A DNA stretch of 64,000 bases from Clostridia bacterium (lineage in GTDB: Bacteria; Bacillota; Clostridia; Christensenellales; Borkfalkiaceae). The notes beneath the pieces were generated by a model. It did no database searches. It was not told the origin of the DNA and saw only the letters and a program-made list of their open reading frames with translations. The translations under genes and the position numbers were made by a program. Below are positions 1-7,737 of the stretch, piece by piece (position 1 is the first letter of the stretch; each line of letters begins with the position of its first letter). Location: assembly GCA_017558825.1 (NCBI GenBank), contig JAFYTO010000009.1, forward strand, positions 5,617 through 69,616, written 5' to 3'.

Positions 1-1269
1 TTAAACGTTAAACCCTTTATTTTTACTTCAATAATAACGTTTCTTAAATTTTCCGCCCAAAGCCCAAGTTTAGAGGCTATAAAATTACTGTTTATAAAAA
101 AGTAATCTACGCTAGTGTCGTAATTATAAAACCAAGCGTTTAAAATTAAAACAAAAACGTAATAAATAAAAAAACCAACTAACGAATATTTAAACTCTCT
201 TAAACGCGGTCTTTCAAAAATAGATAAACCAACCACTAATATAGGCATATAAAACGCCTGATAGTGCGAGCGGAAAAATAGTAGCACGTCACTAATTAAA
301 ACTGTTCCGTTAATTCCGTTCATATTAAAGTTAGGCATCATTATTGCAAAAAACGCACCTAAAACGTTTATAAAATAAGTAAAATAAAACACTTTTTTAG
401 CCCTTAACATTAAACATAACGGCGTTACGTAAAGAGCAGTGTTACATAGGTGAAACGGCAAGTTACTAACGCTTAAAAAATCTTTAAACTGATGCGTTAA
501 CGTGTATAAAATTAGCCCTGATAACGAGTAGTATAAAAGCGCAAACAGCCTAGTTTGTTTAGGTTTATTGCGCAAAATTAAATATAAAATAATAGGCACA
601 ATAAAAATAGGATATATATAAATTCTATGCCAAAAATTAAGTTTGTCCACTTTAAACGCATAGTTATACGGGTCAAAAAATATTTGCAAGGTGTAATTAG
701 GCATAGTGGCTAAAACCATGCCTAAAAAAGCAATGCCAGCGTAAAAATATTGAGTTTTAAGTATTCTATTTTTCTTTTTAAAGAAAGTAAATAAATAGAA
801 TAAACTAAGTGCAAGTTCCACTCCCACTTCTAAGCACAAAAAAACGCCTTGAAGTAAAGTGCCTAAAAAAACGCCACTTCCAAAATTAGAGTATAGTAAT
901 TGTTTTAAGAATATAGCGTTGCAAAAAAATATAATAGGGCATATTGCATAGCTTAAAACGTTAAGCACAATAACGGAATTAAAAAACGGACGCATTGTAA
1001 TTATTAAAAACCCAGTAACGCTAAGCCAATGTAAAATAAAGGCAAAAACAAACCCTAGCTTGTTTTCACTTTTTATAAAATTTTCATAGTTAAAACTTTC
1101 TAAAAATAAGTTGTTTAAACAATATCTAAAAATAAAAAACACGCTTAAAACAAGCGCTATAACCTTAAGAATAGCACCTAAATTTTTATTAAAGAATATA
1201 TAAAATAAAGTAATTAACAAAAGGCTTAAAGCAAGCGCTATAAAAAACCAAACGTAATAAAAAACCATA
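1..1269 (-). CDS. Polytopic membrane protein, YwaF/TMEM164-like, paralog of the N-terminal domain of 7738..9969. The 3' end lies beyond the left window edge and the start is apparently frameshifted.
   Basis: By hand translation, the minus-strand frame whose plus-strand triplets begin at positions divisible by 3 has no stop from 1277 down to position 3. It is absent from the ORF track because no stop is reached inside the window. It reads WFFYYVWFFIALALSLLLITLFY...HRIYIYPIFIVPIILYLILRNK...NLPFHLCNTALYV...FYFTYFINVLGAFFAIMMPN...VDYFFINSNF, colinear with the first ~440 residues of the 743-aa protein. The SD (AGGAG, 5 nt) and ATG at 1269 are one base out of this frame. Confidence 0.6.
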
Positions 1270-1380
1270 AAAACTCCTAAGTAAAAAGCAAAAAATAAGG
1301 CGTATAAACTATGTTTATAATGCCTTAAAAAATTTGTTAAAATTTATAACGTTTTGTAATATATTTAGAATTTTTGTAGA

Positions 1381-1410
1381 AAATAAAATTTCCCGCTCAA
1401 ACGAGCGGGA
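1381..1410 (-). terminator. Rho-independent terminator after the large lipoprotein gene
   Basis: Stem TCCCGCTC / GAGCGGGA (1391-1398 / 1403-1410) with loop AAAC. It is followed on the minus strand by a T-rich run (plus-strand AAATAAAATT, 1381-1390). Confidence 0.7.
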
Positions 1411-1429
1411 AAAGTTTTTTATTAAGTTG

Positions 1430-4400
1430 TTACATTATAGGGAAAATAGGCATTAACGTGCCAATCTTTACACCTGAATTTTCAGTTAATAGTTGTACCC
1501 AGAAAGAAGTTGGATTTTCTGAAAGTAAATCTATTTTACCAACGCTAGGGTCAAGCATTGTGCCTAAAGACGTAAAGTCAACGGGGGCATTATTATCATC
1601 AAGAGTTTTAACTATAACATAAGGAATTTTTAATAAGGTTTCTTCCCACTCTGTTGCTTTGCCTGTTTGTTGATAGAATATAGCAAAGTTGAATGCCTCG
1701 CTTTTACCTTCTTTTTTAATACAAGTAAAGTTTTGAGCTAGCAAACCTGTATTAAGAGAGGTTTTTATTCTTGGAGCAACAATACTCATACCATAAGCAG
1801 TAAACCATGATTCCTCACCTGTTACCCAGTTAGAAATTTGAGTGTTTTCAAGAACAAGTGTAGAGTTTTGTACTGTAGCATCAGGGTATGGTGCGCAGTC
1901 AAAGTGAATTGCAGCACCGCCACTACTCTTAATTGTAGAGTTCTTAACAGTTAAGTGGTTAAGGTAGAACGTACAAATGCTGTTAGCCCAGTTGTTGTCA
2001 ATATAGCAATCGTCTAAAACTGATTTTGTTGCATAACCATTTGCGCCAGCAGTTGTAGCATCGCTATCGCCTGAAATAAAGAAACCGATAAGTGAGTTTC
2101 TAATAGCAACGTTAGTAGCGTTTAAGTTACCGCCCATAATGCGTAGTGTATTATATGAAGCACTCATTGTATAGTAGCTTTCGCCGCCTTTACCATACGT
2201 AGTTGTTACGTCTGAAAGTTCAGTATTGTTACCAAATATAGCTAAGTTTTCAATATTAAACGTGTTGTTATTGTTTACCGCAGTGTTCATGTCGTTTGGA
2301 GCGTGCGACATATAAGAGAAGATAAACGCGTGGTGGTTTACAACTCTTTCCGTACCAGGCTCCATACCAGCAAACGTTACCCACGTATTAGCAAGACCGC
2401 CGTTTACGCGTGGAAGGTTAGTTGCGTCAAGTTTAAATGAGTTACCATTGATAGAAATGCTATCGTTAGCGCCTACTGTGCTACGAGAATATACCCAACC
2501 GTTCTTCATAACGTCAGTATTAATGCTACCGTCATTATTATAAGAATTTTCACTTATAAATCCATCATTGTATTGATATTTTTCAGTAGTAATATTATAT
2601 AAGGTGTGGTAAGGGTTGTGTACGTTGCCGTCAACGTATTGGTTGCTAGTAAGTTCAGCCTTAATATCTCTTAAAACGTTAATTTCGCTTATCTCAAGGT
2701 TAGCAAACGCAGCGCGTAATTCATCGTTAGTGTAAACGTTAACGCCGTTGTTAATAGTAACTTTGACATCTTTTGCAGAAACTTCATTACCGCCAGTATA
2801 GTATTTAGGAGTGAACGTAAACGTGTAAGTTGCACCGTCAGTTAAGTCTGCTAAATTGAAGCCTGTAGCAGAGTTGTATTCTGAAGTGTCAATAACAATA
2901 GTGTCATTAGAACCTGCTTGTTTAGCAGTAATAATAACGTTACCTTCGCTAAAGCCCATAACGCCGTTTCTACCTTCAATAGTAATGTCTGGTTTATAAC
3001 CGTTTGCTTTACCAACGCTCATAGCGTCAACTAATTTTTTAGAGTTAAAGTTTTCTGCGTTTCTAGTATCGTTTAGAACAAAGCTTGCAATACGTTCAAC
3101 AACTTTAGCGTTTCTTACGTAAGTTACGTTAGTATCATCAACCACTTTAGTAATAGTCAACTCAAATTCACCAGTTTTGCTTGGAGTAAATGCATTGTTT
3201 TGAACGTCAACTAAAGTATTAGCAGAAACAGTCATATCAGCGCTTGTAAAGTTATAGTTTACGCCAGTAAAGAATACGTAAGTATATTCACTAGCTTCAT
3301 TATAATGTGCTTTTTCTTTAAAGTATTCCGTGCCGTTAGGGTGGAATAAGTTGTATTGAGCATCAGTTGAATTTTCACCAACTTCAACTTCAAGTTTTTC
3401 CCAAATAACTTCAATTAAAACGTTAGTTGCTTTTACATATTCAGCGTTAGGGTTGAAAGTAGTAGAAGTGCCATATTCAACAAATTTAATGAATTTGTAA
3501 CCGTTTTTAGTTAAAGTTGAAATAACAGGAACTTCGCCAAATAATACGTCAACAGTAATTCTAGATGGTTGACCGTCTGCACCGTTAGTTACAATTTCAA
3601 TAGTAAACGCTTTTTTAGCAAATTTAGCATAGAGTGAAATGTTGTCTGTTACTTTGTAAGTAGCTAAATCAACAGCTTGAGTGCAAGCTTTGTCAAAGTA
3701 AACTGTGCCACCAACAAGTTCGTAACCTTCTTGAGCTTCAGGTAATTGAGCTAAAGAAATTAAGCTGTTGTATTCTAATTTAAGAGTGTTGCCAAGTTGA
3801 CCGTCATTTTCACTGCTTAAGAATACTACGTCATAAACGTTAATAGTCCAAGTAGCAAAAAGGGTAATATTGTCAAGTTTAGAGAAAGCAGCGTTTGTGT
3901 CAAATGGTACGCCGTTCCACGTATAGCCTGCAAAAGTATAACCTGTTAAAGTAGGAGTGCCAAGTGTGTAAGTTGTGCCGTATGCTACTTGAATAGGAGC
4001 AACTGCAGAACCACCGTTAGCGTTTACAGAAATAGTAAATACTTCGGCAGTAAATTTAGCGTAAAGAGTAATGTCGCCAGCAACAACGGTATCAGTAAAT
4101 GCAGTTTGAAGATTTGCATCAACGAACCAGCCGTCAAACTTATAACCAGTTTTTGTAAGAACAGGTAAAGTGTTGGCTTTTACGCTATCGCCAAGTTCAA
4201 CGTCTCTTTCATAATCAGTAAGTTCATTTTCGCCGTCTTTGAAAATTACTTTTCTATCATTGAAACCTTCTTCAGCTTCCCAAGTAGCATCAATAGTAAT
4301 GTCACTTGTAAAGTTATAAGTGCCAGTTAATGCGAATGCTTGACCGTTGTAAACGTAGCCGTTAAAATTGTAACCTGTTCTAGTAGGGTTAGCAATTAAA

Positions 4401-5623
4401 GTGTAAGTGCCTTTATATAATACTGTTACGTTTTGAATATCGTCACCACCGTTTTTGTTAATTTTGATAGTGAATTGTTTTGCTGTAACTTTAACGTAAA
4501 GGTCAGCGTTTTGAGTTACTTTATAAGTAGCTAAATCAACTTCTTGTGTGCAAGCTGCATCACTATACACTTTACCGTTTGCAATTTCATAACCTGCTTC
4601 TACTTGAGGAAGTGCAACTGTAGAATTGTGTGTTAAAGTTAAAGTGTTGCCAAGTTGAGCATTAGAGTTGTTTGCATCAAGGAATTTAACAGCGTAAGTA
4701 GCAACTTCGTAAGTGGCAAATAAAGTAATGTTAGAAGTATTTTCAAACGTGCCGTTTAAAGCAAACGGAGCACCGTTAAACGTATAACCTGTAAATACGT
4801 AACCAACTTTTGTAGGGGCAGGGAGAGTGTATTGAGCGTTGTAAGCAATTTGCATAGCGTCAATAGCATTACCGCCGTTAGTATTGAAAGTTACAGTGTA
4901 TTTTTTTGCTGCAACTTTAACGTAAAGGTCAGCGTTTTGAGTTACTTTATAAGTAGATAAATCAACTTCTTGTGTGCAAGCTGCATCACTATACACTTTA
5001 CCGTTTTCAATTTCGTAACCAGTAGGAACTGACGGAATAGAAGTTACTTTAGAGTTGTATTCTAAAGTTAAAGTGTCGCCAAGTTGAGCGTTATTGTCGT
5101 TTGCGTTTAAGAACTTAACGTTATAGGAGTTTATAGTCCAGGTAGCAAAAAGTTTAATGCTGTTAGTTTCTGTGTAAGTTCCTGTAGTAGGAAATTCTTC
5201 ACCGTTCCACATGTAACCAGCAAAAGTGTAGCCTTCTCTAGTAGGAATAGGAATGCTGTAGCTAGAGTTGAACTCAACTGTTTGAGGTTCAACGCTACTT
5301 CCGCCGTTACTGTTAACTTGAACAACTAAGCTTCGTTTTTCATACTTTAAATATAAAGCAAGGTCGGCATTGAGTTTACCAAATGATTGAGAATCAAATT
5401 CATCTGTCAACTCTTTGTCATAGTACGCGCCTACGTATTTATAACCTGGTTTAGTGATGTCTTCAAGGTCACTATTTAAAGGTAAAGAATCGTAGGTCTT
5501 TACTACTTCGGTGCCATCGTAAATTGAAACCGTGAACGTCTGTTGTTTACATGCAACAAAAGTTAAGGTTACAATAGATAAGATGAGCGCCATTAAAATT
5601 GTTTTTAATGCTTTTCTATACAT
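1430..5623 (-). CDS. Giant surface lipoprotein with Listeria-Bacteroides (Flg_new-type) repeats and a C-terminal parallel beta-helix-like domain
   Basis: 1397-aa ORF with SD AAAGGAGG upstream. The N-terminus MYRKALKTILMALILSIVTLTFVAC is a signal peptide plus lipobox Cys. There are about ten G-Y-x-F-x-G-Y/W repeat cores (e.g. KTGYKFDGWFVDANLQTAF, REGYTFAGYMWNG). The C-terminal third has beta-helix-like rungs (NIENLAIFGNN, VAIRNSLIGFFISGD, LTVKNSTIKSSGGAAIHFD). Confidence 0.85.
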   Translation of the reverse strand: MYRKALKTILMALILSIVTLTFVACKQQTFTVSIYDGTEVVKTYDSLPLNSDLEDITKPGYKYVGAYYDKELTDEFDSQSFGKLNADLALYLKYEKRSLVVQVNSNGGSSVEPQTVEFNSSYSIPIPTREGYTFAGYMWNGEEFPTTGTYTETNSIKLFATWTINSYNVKFLNANDNNAQLGDTLTLEYNSKVTSIPSVPTGYEIENGKVYSDAACTQEVDLSTYKVTQNADLYVKVAAKKYTVTFNTNGGNAIDAMQIAYNAQYTLPAPTKVGYVFTGYTFNGAPFALNGTFENTSNITLFATYEVATYAVKFLDANNSNAQLGNTLTLTHNSTVALPQVEAGYEIANGKVYSDAACTQEVDLATYKVTQNADLYVKVTAKQFTIKINKNGGDDIQNVTVLYKGTYTLIANPTRTGYNFNGYVYNGQAFALTGTYNFTSDITIDATWEAEEGFNDRKVIFKDGENELTDYERDVELGDSVKANTLPVLTKTGYKFDGWFVDANLQTAFTDTVVAGDITLYAKFTAEVFTISVNANGGSAVAPIQVAYGTTYTLGTPTLTGYTFAGYTWNGVPFDTNAAFSKLDNITLFATWTINVYDVVFLSSENDGQLGNTLKLEYNSLISLAQLPEAQEGYELVGGTVYFDKACTQAVDLATYKVTDNISLYAKFAKKAFTIEIVTNGADGQPSRITVDVLFGEVPVISTLTKNGYKFIKFVEYGTSTTFNPNAEYVKATNVLIEVIWEKLEVEVGENSTDAQYNLFHPNGTEYFKEKAHYNEASEYTYVFFTGVNYNFTSADMTVSANTLVDVQNNAFTPSKTGEFELTITKVVDDTNVTYVRNAKVVERIASFVLNDTRNAENFNSKKLVDAMSVGKANGYKPDITIEGRNGVMGFSEGNVIITAKQAGSNDTIVIDTSEYNSATGFNLADLTDGATYTFTFTPKYYTGGNEVSAKDVKVTINNGVNVYTNDELRAAFANLEISEINVLRDIKAELTSNQYVDGNVHNPYHTLYNITTEKYQYNDGFISENSYNNDGSINTDVMKNGWVYSRSTVGANDSISINGNSFKLDATNLPRVNGGLANTWVTFAGMEPGTERVVNHHAFIFSYMSHAPNDMNTAVNNNNTFNIENLAIFGNNTELSDVTTTYGKGGESYYTMSASYNTLRIMGGNLNATNVAIRNSLIGFFISGDSDATTAGANGYATKSVLDDCYIDNNWANSICTFYLNHLTVKNSTIKSSGGAAIHFDCAPYPDATVQNSTLVLENTQISNWVTGEESWFTAYGMSIVAPRIKTSLNTGLLAQNFTCIKKEGKSEAFNFAIFYQQTGKATEWEETLLKIPYVIVKTLDDNNAPVDFTSLGTMLDPSVGKIDLLSENPTSFWVQLLTENSGVKIGTLMPIFPIM
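4481..4594. repeat. Intragenic near-identical repeat, copy 1 (unit offset 426 bp)
   Basis: The 114 nt at 4481..4594 align without gaps to 4907..5020 with 4 mismatches by my alignment. They encode GKVYSDAACTQEVDL(A/S)TYKVTQNADLYVKV. Confidence 0.9.
4907..5020. repeat. Intragenic near-identical repeat, copy 2
   Basis: Same as the 4481..4594 entry. A more diverged third copy lies around 3640..3760. Confidence 0.9.
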
Positions 5624-5680
5624 AAAAAACCTCCTTTGTATTATTTATATAAACGCAAAAACTGCATTTTGCGAGTATTT

Positions 5681-6076
5681 TTAAATTGCTGAAAGTCTAA
5701 TGGTTGCTTGTTTACCGCTACCATCGGTAGTGTGAATTGTAATTGCTACGTCAACGTATTCTTTTAAGAATGTAACATTGCCGTATTTGTCAATTATAAC
5801 GTATTCGTTAGGTGTTGCGGAAAATTCCACTTTCTTTTCGCTTGCTGCTTTCGGTTCAATAACGTAAAGTAATTGATAATTAGTTTTAGTGTCACTAATA
5901 TCAACTTCTATCATAGCGTTATTTTCAAGCCTATTGCCTTGCTCGTCAACAAAATAAATGTCGGAGCAAAGAGTTTTTTCATACAAACTCTCAATAGCCT
6001 TTCCAAAAAAACTTATAAGTAAAATTGCAAGCACGCATTCTACTATTATTACTAAAACAAGTGATTTTTTGTTCAT
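5681..6076 (-). CDS. Small membrane-anchored protein with a bacterial Ig-like (Big_2-like) domain
   Basis: 131-aa ORF with an N-terminal TM helix (LVLVIIVECVLAILLISFF). A beta-rich domain follows, ending VIIDKYGNVTFLKEYVDVAITIHTTDGSGKQATIRLS, which is a Big_2-style pattern. It is tightly packed in the operon. Confidence 0.6.
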   Translation of the reverse strand: MNKKSLVLVIIVECVLAILLISFFGKAIESLYEKTLCSDIYFVDEQGNRLENNAMIEVDISDTKTNYQLLYVIEPKAASEKKVEFSATPNEYVIIDKYGNVTFLKEYVDVAITIHTTDGSGKQATIRLSAI

Positions 6077-6086
6077 ATTGTCCTTT

Positions 6087-7727
6087 TTATATTTGCATAT
6101 CGTTAAAGTATGCTTTTAAGTAACTGTTTAATAAATAAATTCTTATAACCAAAAATGCTACGGCAAGTAAAATTACTCTAATCCAGCCTGAAATATATCC
6201 GTCAAATAAAAGTAAGAGTGATATAACGCCTGCAAATATTGAAATTATAAAACCTGTAAATACAGATTTTGAAACGTTAGGATTGTCCGTATAAGAGTCG
6301 CCTTTTACTATGTATTCTTTAACTTTTGGATTAAATACGTCAAACGTAAAGTTCCACATTAAAGTTCCCAAGCTAACGCATAAAATTGTAGCTACCATAA
6401 GAACTAAATCTATAGTGGTAAGGTTGCTTATATACACTAGCACAAGAGTGCTTGTTATAACGGCTAATACGTTAACGATAGCAATAACCGTCATTTTAGC
6501 GTAGCAAACCGGAATTGTGTTAGACGGTGCCATTTTTAAAAGGGCAAAGCCTTCGCCTTCTTGTGAAAGAGCAGTTGAAGCGTTAGAGTTATATACGCTA
6601 AGCAAGCTAGTTATAATCATAACGTTAAACGAAACTGCCATAAACGAGCCAAGTTGGCTTGTGTTTATTGCTGAAAGTATAAAGTTTAAAACGTATATTA
6701 AAATAGGATATACTAGTATAACTGATATTGCGCTATTTAAATTGTCAGACGAGCGGAATAAAAGCTTAAACTCTTTATCAAGGAACGTTGCAAACAAGCC
6801 TTTAGATTTTCCAGTTTTTGAAACCTTGCGCTTCTTTGATGAACTGCTTTCTGCACTAGAGCTTGCCGTTTTAAAGAAGAAAGGCATTATTGCCATAAAA
6901 CATATTGCCATAACTGCAACTAACGCTCCAAGCAAAATAAGTGAGTTAAGTAAAATACTTTCGCCAAACATAAGGTTGCCTAAGCATCTATAGTAAAGCG
7001 AGTAGGTATATGCAGTAGCAAACACGTGTTCAACTGTTTCCATAAATTTGCCGTAAATGGCAATAATTCTAATTGGTCTTGGAATAAGTGATAAAACGTA
7101 GTCAACAAAGAAGAAAACAGCCGTTAAAACTACTATTAAAAGCGCTGCACGAATAATAAGATGACGCTTTAAAAACTTTGACGTGTTAGTTATAATTACT
7201 GAAAACGAAGTTCCAATAAATACAGGGAATAGGCAAAGCAAGAACCAGCAAGGAATTAAGAAAATAAAGTATACTGCCGTAGCCTTTATAACTATGCCGT
7301 AAGCGAGTAAAAGCGGAAGTAAAAAGAACGCGCTTTTTGTTATTTCATTATATATAAATATTAATATTTTGCTTATAAAAACTTCGCTATGCTTACAAGG
7401 GTAAACAAGAAGCATAGAGTTTTCTTTTTTACCGAATAAAACGTTTGAAGAACTTGTTGCAACCGAGAACGCGTCAAAAACTTGTATAAGTAAAATAATG
7501 CTTGTAAAGGTTGCGGAATTAAGCTTGAAATAAAATAGCGAAGACATTATGTATAAAACGCCGAATATTACCGCCGTTACCGCAATAAACGCTAAAAGTT
7601 TTAAAAAGAAAGTAAATATGCGCTTTTTAAAACTTCCTGATGGGCGTAATTTTTCGCCAATTTGCAAAAGAAGCAAATATTTTAAACGCAAAAGCGAATT
7701 TTTAAAATTTGTTAAAAAGTTTGACAT
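6087..7727 (-). CDS. Polytopic membrane protein, probable permease partner of the adjacent ABC ATPase (resembles the putative ABC-exporter permease family)
   Basis: 546-aa ORF with more than 10 hydrophobic segments and SD AAGGTG upstream of the ATG at 7727. Its start lies 10 nt after the stop of the upstream ABC gene. The family assignment is from memory of the architecture only. Confidence 0.6.
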   Translation of the reverse strand: MSNFLTNFKNSLLRLKYLLLLQIGEKLRPSGSFKKRIFTFFLKLLAFIAVTAVIFGVLYIMSSLFYFKLNSATFTSIILLIQVFDAFSVATSSSNVLFGKKENSMLLVYPCKHSEVFISKILIFIYNEITKSAFFLLPLLLAYGIVIKATAVYFIFLIPCWFLLCLFPVFIGTSFSVIITNTSKFLKRHLIIRAALLIVVLTAVFFFVDYVLSLIPRPIRIIAIYGKFMETVEHVFATAYTYSLYYRCLGNLMFGESILLNSLILLGALVAVMAICFMAIMPFFFKTASSSAESSSSKKRKVSKTGKSKGLFATFLDKEFKLLFRSSDNLNSAISVILVYPILIYVLNFILSAINTSQLGSFMAVSFNVMIITSLLSVYNSNASTALSQEGEGFALLKMAPSNTIPVCYAKMTVIAIVNVLAVITSTLVLVYISNLTTIDLVLMVATILCVSLGTLMWNFTFDVFNPKVKEYIVKGDSYTDNPNVSKSVFTGFIISIFAGVISLLLLFDGYISGWIRVILLAVAFLVIRIYLLNSYLKAYFNDMQI

Positions 7728-7737
7728 AAATTACACC

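Noticed and set aside
1-30. TTA at 1..3 and TCA at 28..30 look like possible minus-strand stop codons for the left-edge gene.
   Set aside because: They lie in the frame of the ATG at 1269, not in the long open frame. By my triplet-by-triplet check, the long frame has no stop down to position 3, so the gene continues beyond the window.
5131-5325. Numerous 60-160-aa ORFs lie antisense to, or out of frame within, long genes. Examples are 5131..5325, 6310..6993, 8552..8806, 11183..11808, 12210..13042, 14461..14824, 17062..17391, 25169..25483, 25628..25960, 37510..37830, 43284..43809, 59723..60037 and 62817..63589.
   Set aside because: All are fully embedded in strongly supported genes with recognisable family motifs. 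They lack SD sequences and have low-complexity or odd composition, so I treated them as frame shadows.
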